Origin: Fimbriosthenelais zetlandica
Taxonomy: Eukaryota
Direction: 5' to 3'
Assembly: GCA_977030845.1 (NCBI GenBank)
Contig: OZ365116.1
Coordinates: 21,018,001 to 21,082,000, forward strand
Length of the DNA: 64,000 nucleotides
Shown here: positions 37,101 to 49,100 of the stretch, one piece after another
Layout: the number at the start of each line of letters is the position of its first letter
How positions within the stretch are numbered: the first letter of the stretch is position 1
The notes under the pieces: model-generated
Databases searched by the model: none
What the model was told of the DNA's origin: nothing
Seen by the model: the letters and a program-made list of their open reading frames with translations, nothing else
Position numbers and translations under genes: made by a program

Positions 37101-37489
37101 ACCTGTACATTATCCCCAATAGATGACACTCCAAAATTAACATGGAGACCGCGAGGAGAGATGCTTGTCCACTCTTCATATTCCTCACAGATTCAAGACA
37201 CTGGCAAAGGTTACTCTCCTTCACTGAAATACTTAGCCCTGCCGGTGCAATTTTCTGACATTTCATTAAATCAGAAAAAGTCTCATTTGCTCGTCCTTCA
37301 GTTTGAGCCTCAGGCCCTTTACTAATAGGTCTGTACCCTGAGGCACTTTTTCGAGGACAGTGTCCTTGCTCTTCTGCCTTGTTTTAAGTTACATTTTTCT
37401 CATTAAACTCAATCAGGGAGGAAGTCGGACAAAGACATGTTTTATGGCAGATCCTATTCCCAGCTCGTCACATATTTCTGTCATATCCA

Positions 37490-37750
37490 CGGTTTCTATG
37501 GCGACCAAGAGCAGGAAGTACGTTGATGTATCTTCCTGTCATAATTAGACTTTGTACTCACTAGGGAGGTATCTTACAGCGTCTGGGACATCACGTGACA
37601 TGGCAGCTGACCAATGAGCGGGCTGCATGCTTGGTCCATGGTGAGAGGGGACATGAGAGTATATTAAGTGGTAATACTCCATTAATCACCTTGGTCCTAC
37701 CTCACCGGCCAGGACCAGAGGCTGGGGTGAAAATGGCAGCTGGAATGATG
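37490..37750. promoter_or_regulatory. promoter-like cluster upstream of the glycosyltransferase-like gene
   Basis: X-box-like GTTTCTATGGCGAC (37492-37505), caggaagt, TCACGTGA (37591), CCAAT (37611), YY1-like aaaatggcagc. Confidence 0.45.
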
Positions 37751-38409
37751 GAGTGCCTTGTTTTCCCATCTCCAAGATTCATGGGAGATGGGTTCTCATG
37801 TTATCCGGCCGCAAATACCTCCCAGATTCAGAAATGAATCAATTTCAAAAAGTTTTTGAAATGCTTAGTGAAAGTGAAGTTTACACAAAGTGATATCTTT
37901 CACCAAAGAAAAAGTGATCACATTCTGTATTAAAAAAATGATTTTGAAAATTGTTAAACAAACACCTCTGCTGATCCAATACAATGTAGTAATTGGACAA
38001 GTGACAGGACGACAAGAGGAATCCAATTGAATTATTGTAAAATCCAAAGAAAAGCTTAGGAAAATAAAAGAAATTTTCTGCCGTCTTGACAGGAGGAAGG
38101 AGAAGGGAGGGATGTAATTTAATTCCTGAATGTCACCTGACAATTCATTCAATTAAGACCTCGGCAGATGTTTCCAATTCAAGAAAACCGGCTGAATTTA
38201 CTTTGAAACAAGGAAACAAGTTTTAAGTTTAAGCAGCCTTTCCTATCTCGTCCATATATTGTAGTACATTTTAAGTAGACTTTTTGCTGTAACTGCCGCA
38301 AGTGTAACTGCACTAGCAAGGGATTCATGAGGCGTGCCTATTGTGGTCTATTTGCGAGCAATGTGGCATATATGGCAGTTGAGGCCAACCAAAAGAGAAA
38401 CCCTATCTG

Positions 38410-38460
38410 TCCGCTATCCCCTGTCCCCCTCCGCTATCCCCTGTCCCCCGTCTGCTATCC
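38410..38460. repeat. 20-bp tandem repeat, about 2.5 copies
   Basis: tccgctatcccctgtccccc twice plus a partial copy. Confidence 0.85.
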
Positions 38461-39097
38461 TACACATAGACTGGGCCTTTTTTCACCCTGCCATAAATGT
38501 GACCTCTTGTAAGGAGCCCACTCATTACAGACATGATAGAGGGATATTAAGGTCCATTTATGACTGCTGATCTATGAGTACAATCTATCCCCTGTCTGAC
38601 GTCCCTCTGTGACGGGCAATAACTCCCCACCATCAGATTATATATTAGTCCTTCAGCCTCTCTAATCTCACGTATGATGAGTATTCATACCTTGACATGG
38701 AAAATGATAATAACAAATTATATCATGTGGTCTGTCTGAAAATAATATTCATTCAGGTGTGTCAAAGCAACATATAAAAACATGGTGGCAAAAATATATT
38801 ACTATTGCCACCAAATGACGAAACATGGAATTATCAGGGGAATTTGTTGAGATATAATGCTGGGAATCCTGTTCTGTCTGTAGTTAAAATCATACCTGGG
38901 CGTCTTCCCTACGTTCAGCAAATAGAGGGGAGAAGGCTATAGTGAGCTAGGCAAACAATCCTAACCCAGAAAGATTCTTGACATAAGTGGGGTAGAAGAC
39001 ATTAGACGGATGCTCTATCACAAGGTATGAGCCCTATCTTTTACCCATGGAGAATATTTAGTTTTCCCCAGGTGGAATTAATACTTTTCGTGGACTC

Positions 39098-40258
39098 ATG
39101 GCCAGTTCTAGATATTATACGTCAGGCCTCCTCATACTCGTATTAGGAGTATTCTGCACTATATTAAAAACCATTTTTATATTGTGGAGCATCAATACCT
39201 CAACGGCATCCACAAAATGGAGCACATCAGAAACAAAAACAAAAAAATTACTTACCATCTTCACAACATTCCGTGAAAGCTCTGGGAGAAACTTGATTCA
39301 GAAAAATGTTATCCTTAATTGGGTTTCTCTTGGAGATAATATCCAACCTATATTATTTACAAACTTGTCAGCAAAAAGTGAACTGACATCTCTGGCTCTA
39401 GAGAAGGGTTGGATAGTATTGGAGACGGAGAATACAAGCTCTATTGGCATTCCCTTTTTAAAGGGTATGTATCAAAAAGCAATGGCCACCTCTGACAGTC
39501 ACTTTTATGGCTTTTGTAACGGTGATATCCTTTTCAACTCAGGATTATTCTATACCCTAAGTGCCATCTTGGATGTCTTGAGGTATCTCCAGCCGTCTAC
39601 AATGGTCATTGGTCGGAGAACAAACCTTAACTTCAAGCAATGTCCTAATAAGACAACCCTGTACTTACCAGATAACCTCTCGGCTAATGCCATTGCATGG
39701 GGTAAACTCTTTGGTGTTTCTGCAGTGGATTATTTCATTATTGGTCATTCTGAGAACTTTCCATGGCACACCATAAAGGATGTAGTGATTGGTAAGATGG
39801 GTTATGATAATTATTTTGTGGCTCAGGCCCGCAGAGGTAATGTGTCAGTTATCGACGCCTCTGAGACTGTTCTTGCTCTTCATCAGACTGGTTCTGATGG
39901 CAACTTTGCCGGCCTTAGAAGCAAGAATCGCTATTACAATTATGGTGTAATAGGTAAATACAACTACCGAAGTGGATTTATACATACAAGCGCGTATTAT
40001 ACAAAGATGGATATCATAGGAAGGGTGTTTTTAAAGTTGAAGAATCCACCCCGAAAACCTAAACCTAAAAAGAAAGGCGAACCAAAGGAGTCTGCAAAAA
40101 GATCCAATCCTAAAAGCAAGGGAAACAAAAAAACTACAAAATCGGCATTGAAAAAAGTTCTAAAAGGACGACTAAAAGACCCTAAAAATTCAAAGAAAAA
40201 TAGTGCTGCAAAAGCTACAAAGAACGTTGTGAAGAACCCGATCAAAGAAACTGTATAA
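39098..40258 (+). CDS. uncharacterised GT-A-fold glycosyltransferase-like type II membrane protein, 386 aa, intronless CDS
   Basis: N-terminal hydrophobic anchor. Motifs: IFTTF, YGFCNGDILF (DxD-like), IGRRTN, DYF, VIGKMGYDNYFV, IDASETVLALHQT. The last 74 aa contain 25 Lys. A ttttccccag acceptor lies 26 nt before the ATG and AATAAA lies downstream. Confidence 0.85.
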   Translation: MASSRYYTSGLLILVLGVFCTILKTIFILWSINTSTASTKWSTSETKTKKLLTIFTTFRESSGRNLIQKNVILNWVSLGDNIQPILFTNLSAKSELTSLALEKGWIVLETENTSSIGIPFLKGMYQKAMATSDSHFYGFCNGDILFNSGLFYTLSAILDVLRYLQPSTMVIGRRTNLNFKQCPNKTTLYLPDNLSANAIAWGKLFGVSAVDYFIIGHSENFPWHTIKDVVIGKMGYDNYFVAQARRGNVSVIDASETVLALHQTGSDGNFAGLRSKNRYYNYGVIGKYNYRSGFIHTSAYYTKMDIIGRVFLKLKNPPRKPKPKKKGEPKESAKRSNPKSKGNKKTTKSALKKVLKGRLKDPKNSKKNSAAKATKNVVKNPIKETV

Positions 40259-40432
40259 AATGTACTTGTCTGTATTCGTGATCTGTGATAAATAATTGTC
40301 TGCGTCTCTCTACATATAAATCAATGGTGTACCGGGACGCCACATTTATCTAAACTAGGACAGAAACTCCCCAGAGTGAATCCATTATGATGTATCATGG
40401 TGTCTAAATACTAGAACTAGAAAATACGGGAC

Positions 40433-40438
40433 AATAAA
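40433..40438 (+). terminator. polyadenylation signal AATAAA of the glycosyltransferase-like gene
   Basis: AATAAA followed by a GU/U-rich stretch (tgtctgtttattttt). Confidence 0.55.
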
Positions 40439-43400
40439 TCATAATCAAAATAATTAACAAGTAATGTCTGTTTATTTTTGGGGATGAGATGGATGCTAAT
40501 CATTTCTGTCTGACCTGATAATGAACACAAATTTATAATTGACATACTCCAGAGTGAGACGAGGCAACATCTAAGTATGATATTCACAAATGCCAGTATT
40601 TATCTCATTAAATTTGAAACCTCTCTGAATTATCTGAGATGATAATTTTTATAACTCAATTTTTACAATGTTTCTCTAAACCTTTTCAGATGTTGATTAG
40701 CAGTGTGTTTTATACTGTGAGATCTCCTTCATATCTTTATATTATAAGACATCGGGTGGCCTTGGCCGTATATCACTATTTATTTAGTAAACACATGGAT
40801 CTGACTTAAAATCATATAGTCTGCAGGCAAATTAATGAGATTTTTGAGATGTCAGCTCTAATAGTCATCCATAGAGTAACTAATTAAATGACAGTTCTAA
40901 AGATAACTCCCGTCAGGATCCTATAGCAGAGGATCAGCACATATTGTTATTTTAGACTTGTTATTATAAAATGCCTTAGGCAGGCCCCTCATAAACCTTA
41001 GGCCTGGAACAGACTGGCGTACAAAGAAACTGACCTAGATGCCTAAGATGTAATATTGAAATAATTCCACGAATGCAGAACTGAAACACTTGAACATTTA
41101 GATTATATTTAATAGAAGCACTGAGAATTACCCATCATTTTTGTTGAAAATAGAATGAACAAAACATTTAAAAAAATATTTGTTTTGTTTCCAATCGTCC
41201 TACTGTATGTCTGCTACCAAGTCGGTGGTTAGAACACAGTATAGAGCATCAGGTTAGACATTGTAGTCATCAGTATGCAGTGAGGGAACACTGGACTCCT
41301 GTGTCTGTATCTCTCCCTAGTCCCACCCAAAGCCTATCAGGCATATGCCTAGAAATCAGGGCATGAAAGAATAATGAAGAAGTGTGATGGGAGACCTGGA
41401 GACCTGGAGCAGGTCCGGAAGTGGTCTGGCTTAACTGAGGATCCCGGGATTATAGGTCAGGAGCTCTGTGGAATGAGGAATGATTTTGAGATCGATACTT
41501 GAAGTTAAATGTTGTTCCCCTTTGTTCTCCACATTTTGGCTCATGAATCTACATCATACAGTCAGGTGTATTATCTTAGAGGCCAGGCATATAGAAGCCA
41601 GCAAAATAACCCCCCTGTTGCCTCGTAAAAACATTAATTTTTAATCATTTTCTTTGAATCATTTTGTAAAAGAAAAATATTAGACGTATGATGAAGGGTC
41701 ATAACACAGTGGAAGCATTTTGGATTTTGAATATTTCTGATATTCTGGATAGACTAGAGTCTGAATGGTTCAATGTGGCAGATTTGTAGCTATTTGTAGC
41801 TTTAAACTATGCTTTTATATCTGCCGCTTCAGAGGAGGGTACCATGGTACCATGATGGGTTCCATCCAGGCTTCTCCTTCCATACCGGCTCATCCTTACT
41901 AATCCATTAATACAAGCTTTACTCACCAGGTGGCATGGCGCTGTAGAGGGGATTAATCATGGTTAGAACACCCAGTGAACACCACCCTCACTCAGCCCCT
42001 CACATTGAACGAAACATGGGCAAACATGTAGAAAACACAGCTGTTATATTGAGTCATTTTGTAAACTCACCTTAGAACCAAAGCTGACCATAATCATTTT
42101 CTTCAAATTCAGAGAGAAAAGTTAATTAGCAGTTCCCAGCGTCCCCTGACTGACCTCTGTACGCTGAAAAAAATCCCCAATGATTAATAACAATTTCCAC
42201 AAAGCTCGGCGGCAGTCTATATTCCCAGTGGATATGCCATTAGTAAATGGCGACAAAGGGCTAATAGAAAAGCCAAACATACAATAGCCAGACATAGTGT
42301 GCCTCAATGAACGGCAATCTGAGCCCATTTACATGTTTTGTGAGTCAGAATGTCCATTTGTATGCTTTGTCTCCTACATTACGTTGTTCCTTACAATGCA
42401 CTGCTGAGCTTTTGTAGGTATATCCCTCTATATCGGTGAATTAACCTTGGTTTATTCTATGTAATCGTATGATTATTGTTGAGCTCAAGTCTTCATACAA
42501 AAGTCACGCTTTTTCGTGTTTATGTCCAGGGCAATTATATTTTCAGTTTCCTGAAATATTGCGACATGATACTTGCTTACTTAACTGGAAAATGAGTATA
42601 GGAAAACCTCAAGGAGTCTTCTTTTAGAACAAAAGATTATCACTATAGAAAAAAGTTCAAATCTTTCATTTCTGGTGCTAATATATGTATCAACTTGTAA
42701 ATTTGCATTTCTTAGCCTAACTTCAGGTTCCTCTTACTTACCATTGATACAATATGAGTGATTTATGTAGCAATATGCAGAACTAATTCTCACTCCATTG
42801 TAAGGTAATGGGCAGTAGGCCTGACAGAGCAAACATTACATAGATATACCAGAATCTGCGTGCCTGATTCTAGGTGCTTTGGCAGCCTGATCCCTTCTCT
42901 CATAGAGTTAAAGCTTTTCTATAAGGTCAAGGGTCAAAAGAAAAAGTTCTATGCGTCGAACTGATATTTTGTTCTTTATGAATACCTCTCATCACTCATG
43001 TTTCCGCCCGAGTAAACTTTCATTTTGAATAAAATGTAAAAGCATTCGGAGGTTTTTCCCTTCACGGCATAACTTTATAGAAACATTATCTGGAGAAATA
43101 GCTGTGAGTTGAGGCCTACTATAGTCCATCAATCCTCTATTTATCCTCACGACCCAATGACTAAATCCACATGCAATAGGACGATGCGGTTAGATACAAG
43201 ATTGAGATGGATGTCTCTGATGTGGCTTTTAAAACAGCCCCATGTTCACTATAGCCGGAGTCTCCATGTAATGCTTTGTTAAACATAGCAATCTGTTATC
43301 TTGTCTCCTGTTATTTCTACTCTAATCTCTCAGTTTTCACCAGAGCTATAGTATCAGTTGGTCTTCATAAGATAGAACTCAATCTGGTCATTGATATATA

Positions 43401-46068
43401 TGTATCAAGAAGTTTTCCAAACAAACTTTGAACGTCACATTTCTGCCATGGTTTAGTCTGAAATCTCTTCTTTTATACATTGTCTGTTTAAATAGATAAG
43501 GGCTCAGTTGAAAACAGATTCTATTGACAGATATTTTCCCAACTCTCAGCAACTATACATGCTTTGAAGCTGATACTATGCCTGTGGTTATATATGAGTG
43601 CCTGCCACCTAATCCAGCCCCGACTGCTCTACCCTAAAACCCCAGACTTCTATATGGCCGGGGATAAACCATGGGATAAAAGGGTCTTTATCAAGGCTCT
43701 ATACAAGACCTCACAGTGATTGATTTGATTGGTTGAGGCTGAGCCTTTGATTGACAGACAATCAGGCCCCGCCCACACTAGAAGAAAGCTGACTTGCTAA
43801 TGCAATCTCTTCATCACCTTTTCAATCGCTATTCCCTCAACTCCATTCACTTGTTTACATTATTTTCCATGTGTGAAGTGAATTGGTACCTACCCATGCA
43901 TATGCCCATCAATCTTCTAGCATTACAGATTACATGTAGATAGTTTTTGCATACCATCCATTTGCGCCCGTTATATATCTTTAAAAGGTCAGCACTGCTG
44001 CAAGGAAATAGCTAAAGGGCTATGGTATGACGTTGAATATTTCATAAAGATACCATTAGGTGATGAAAATAGTTTTGCACCTTCTTTGGAAAGCGAGAAT
44101 GCTTCTCACCTCCTTTCCACACCAGTGATATATTTCATTAGGAGATTTTTCATTTTTACCTCCCATCACTCTGGTTGGTACCGTGAGTCTATAATATTAT
44201 GGTCTTTTAATCTTTTCAAACACCCATTCAGAAGTCTATTTTAAATCAATCTTCCCTTATTTATTGCACATTACCGATAATCCATCTAAATCTGTGTCAC
44301 TCTCTCAATACTTAAATCCATCTTTAGCCTTGTAGCCTTCTTCCTACTACCCTCTAATTAATCACTCTTCTCTCGTACTTATCACTATATATAAATCCTG
44401 TAGAAACCTACCCACATCAATTGTCTCAGTCTACCCAAAAAAGCTGCCATCTAGAAAAGCTTAAAACACAAGCTTATTAATGGAGGTAGGGGCAAAGAAG
44501 CTGGGCACCCTGCAAGGCACGAATTGAAAAGTGGAATTAGAACAAGTGTAGCCATGTCATGTGACATTGAGATTAAGCCAGGGTTTATATAACTTGCAAA
44601 AGTCAGGAGACAATGTTTTGATGTTTTAATGAACAAGTCCTCATCCCACTTTGGACGTCTCTTGGTCTTGAATTTGTCTATTGCATCCTATTCAAGCATG
44701 TCTTCCCATTGTGTAGCATGTGACCCATCCTGGGGTATTTATATATATATATATGGCCCTTGTGACGAGAGAAAATGCAGGACGATAAAAAGATTATAAA
44801 TTCTCCCACTGTGGCTTATCCGCGGTAGGCATGTGGTGACGCCCTATTAGTTACCATATGGCTGTTTTTCCTCCCTATTTCTAAGGGAAGCTTATCAATT
44901 TTGCCTTCTGCAATGTGCATGGTAGGATGGTACTTCATATAATGAATAGGGACCACAAACATCAGCTAAATACTTAATAGACTTCTTGTGTATTTCTGAA
45001 GATTCAGCGTCCTGAATTATGTCGTTAGGCTATGTTGTAGTGAGCTATAGTGGACATAGCAGTTTTTGACACCTTCCCTTACAATATACACTCTGTAGCA
45101 CTTAAAAGGGCCTCGTAAAAACATGTTTGTGTTCCCCCATGGAGTTTGATAAAAAGAATAATTCTGTTATGGATATAGTCAGCTCACTTTGAGTGGGCAC
45201 GTTTTAAAACATTTCTCATGTTTGTTTCTGTTAGTGTCAGTTTTACAACATACGGGTAGAGAACCTATTAATTATACATGGCAGGATATTGATAAATCAT
45301 AACTCTTCATTAGCCCTGCTTCTATTTCTGGAAAAATTGTTTTTAAAGAAGAAACCAAGAAAACATAGCAGTGTGGTAATGTTTCTTTCCATCTGTGTGC
45401 TCACGGTGCTTGAACATTTAACTAGGTGACTATAACATGCAGTGGACCATATCCCCCAAACAAGTGGGTTGCTCGGACTTTCACTCATTTTTTCCTTCAA
45501 AATGCTGACCAAACCACCTACTCGTCAAATCCCATGGGTTTCAACAATCCGTTCCCATCATACCTTCGCGAAAATTGTTGAAATAAAGAAGATTGGACTG
45601 CATGGAATGAGGAATGACCGAAAACCACTTAATTGAATTAAAATTCAAATGAATCTCAATCTCATTTATGGGCGGCTAATCGAAGGCATTGATGAACTGA
45701 GAACAGTGTAATCATGCTTTTTCTATTGATTGTTCAATGTCTCTTTCCAAAGGAGAATTATTTAATTTATTAGTCAAAGGACAACACAATTTTTGTCATG
45801 ACTCAGATGTTTCAACAAAGAGATTTTTTTGCGTTGTCAGACCATCCTCTGAATTCCTATCGCCTACTTGGCTTAGTCCTTTGCCTTTGAAATGATCTCA
45901 AAAATTCCAACTGTTTTTAAAGCTGCTGTTTGCTGCAGTCCAGGCACTCAAACGGTGTCACGCATGTTGAAATCCGTTGTGACTGACAGCAACGATTCAC
46001 GGATTTCCCATTGGAGGTTACACCTGGCATTTATGGCGGGGCGGTTACCTTTGTTAATGCTCGCTTTT

Positions 46069-46125
46069 TCTTTGCCTCACTCTCGGTTCTTCTTTGCCTC
46101 GCTTTCGGTTCTTCTTTACCTCACT
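46069..46125. repeat. 22-bp tandem repeat, about 2.6 copies
   Basis: tctttgcctc(a/g)ct(c/t)tcggttct. Confidence 0.8.
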
Positions 46126-49100
46126 TCTTTGCCTTCCAAATTGCTCATACATCTTTGACATGGACATTGCATTCCCATGATGTCGAAAATTATATCTCAA
46201 TAGACCTTTCGATGGCCTCAACAGCCATGTCTGACACATCATATCACTTGCCAAATAGAGCAAAATATAGACACCCCTCGCAAGTAGCAAACCCCTGCTC
46301 TGCATTTACACTTGCAGCAGTCATTAATCCTTGGCTATATATTTAGGGGTTAACACATGAGAGCTTTTCTCGGAGTCGGCTGTTATTACGTCCCAAACCA
46401 CCAAAGAGAAAAGTTCGAGTGTGTTGACCCCGTTGATACACGACACTATCCACCTTCCGCTCTAAGAATAGTAGGGGAACACTGAAGTCCGAGTCTAATC
46501 CACTATGATTGCCTCGACATCCAATCACCCCAATCAAAGTCAGTCGCGCTTTAATGATTTCCTTCCAAACTCGTAGTTCAGCTGTGCCAAGAGTCCTGAG
46601 GCTTGACCAGGCAGTAGAGGCTCCTCACGATATTTTTTATCACGGAATTACATACCTTCTAGGCCGGACCCAACGGATTTTATCCTATCAACTCGGGAGG
46701 TCATAATTGTGGAGTTTTATCTTTTATTAAGGAGATTTATCACATTCAAACTGGACTGGGGCCTTCGCAGTGCAGTTGCTATGGTGTAAAAAGTGAGCGA
46801 CAATACAGGCAAACACTGGCCAGAGTGAATCAAAGTAAGGTAAAATGGACATACTTCTGTCTATAATTGTAAAGCTAGTATCGACCTTTTCTGACTCGTG
46901 ATGCGGTAGCTTTACCCGTCTACCAGTCCTGTAAGCCTGGCCATATTTGGATCATTGTCTTCAGTGTGTGGCTTACTGCAGCCAATATTTGCCCCTACTC
47001 ATATACTCGTGCTGCCACATCCGGCCATGGCCTAATATGGGTCAGTGTCATATGAGGCTGAAAATTGAGATTAAAACAAGCACATGTATATTTTAAACAG
47101 ATGCAAAATAAAAATTAAAAGAAAATGACTTTAGAGTTTTGCCCCGAAGTGGGGTCAGTCTCCTGGGGCCCAGCTCCTCAGGAATGACTGGAGGATGAAC
47201 TTGTCACATTGATTATACATTATGTATGTGTGCTTCATGTGTGCTCAGCTAAACAACTCTACCCTTCAAACAAGACAACCTTGGTCCCAGTATCGGGTCA
47301 CAAGTGATGCCTACAGAACATGTTCCTACCCCATTCCATCTTGAGTAAACTCTTCCTAAAATATTATCCAACATTTTCTTACTGAAATGATATGTCCTCC
47401 CATATTTGTCCTCAAATACATTTTACTTTCCGAAAAGATTATTACCACAGATATTTCTCTTGGATTTAACTTGGATGAGACCAAAATGTGTAGCCCCATT
47501 AGGTTGTGACCTTATATGACACCTCTCTCCCTCTACCAAGTATTTTAGTTGATTAGTGCATGTTTGAGGGACTAAAAGTGACCTTTGATCTTCTGAGAGC
47601 GTTGGCATGCTAACTTTACAATATTCATCACTTCCATGTGTCACGTGAGCTTATAAGCTCAGAGACGACTCCAGGGATTCGTGGTCAGAGGTCCCCCTTC
47701 GTCTTCATTATGAAAGAAGGAAAGGCCTAATGTAAATAGGCGAAAAATGCACATGGAACCATTTGAAAGGCTCAAAACATTGCATGTTACGGCTTACGTT
47801 CTTTCTTATTTCCCCTAATTGACACGACGCTATTACATCGGGGGTGATTGGGTCATTATGTGGGCCATGTTTAATAGTCAAGAGCCATTTCAGGCTTTTA
47901 TCCATTGATTTGCCCCACTCCTTCCTTGAGTGAAGGGCGTTACTTCTTCAACAACAACAGATGAAAAATGACATGTTAGAGTCGGCTGTCACTGAGCTCA
48001 TGTTGGGCGGAGTCGGTGGAGTCAGTGTGGGATGAAGGAGAGCAGGTCAGGAGCAGGTCACTGTCAGATCACAAACTCACTTCATCATGGCTTAAACCGT
48101 TATGTTTGACCATCTGAGTACAGCCTAGTTCCCAGGCGGACATTGAACTGTCTATATAAATCATTGACATGATTAGATGAATGGTTTATCAATATATCAT
48201 TTCTCAGCTGAGAATCAGCATCATATATGAAGTTTCTTTTAGTTTAGTTGGAATCGATGGCCCATAGAATGTCATATGTAGGCATTTTCCCAACAAAATT
48301 ATCACCCGGTTAAATAATTAAATTGATTTTTTCGATATAAAGTTATGAATTATGTTAAAAAGATGTCGTGTTTTAGGATGGAAATCTATAGTAAACAAGC
48401 TTGCTTTAATGAATGGTCTGGATTTACTTAGTCACTGCCTTGATTTGTTATTGCTAAAGACTGCATGAACATGTCCATTTTCAGAAGTGATGAAATTCTT
48501 TTCCATTTCCATGTAATGTCACGAGCATGCACTTGTCTTAACCCATCAATCAAAGATAATTTCATTGCCTATAACATTGATTCCTTAATGGATTTTCACG
48601 CTCCGCGAAAATGACTAAGAAAGAAACTTTAATTACAAAAATCCAAATTTCTTTATTCCAAACTTTATTTGTGTATAGATCTGGAACAGCATCCACAAGA
48701 TTATTCCTATATAATTATGTCATATATTGCCTATATTATCATGTGCGTGGTTGTCAGTTTCCACCTTCCGTCTTGGTACATTAATTGGTTTCAATGAAGT
48801 GGCAATTAAGCCTTGATACCATGTAAACCAGATGTCACTTTGTGGAGCCTGTTCAGATATAAGCTGGCAATGGCGTAAAAGATCGTCATACATTCCGGAC
48901 CAGATATGATTGTGAGGATATGAAGCATGTCATATAAGTGCACATGAAAAACGTTTTAGTCTTTAGGGTTTTGGGAAGTTCATCTTAGGACAACAGTGGC
49001 ATTTAAGGTCAGGCAATCATGAAAATACATAAAGATCTGTTCCTTAACTGTGGTTCTTGCTGATTCTTATAATCTGAGAATAATTGGGGAGGAGGGCGTT

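Noticed and set aside
39997-40245. Phe-rich minus-strand ORF
   Set aside because: Antisense shadow of the Lys-rich tail.
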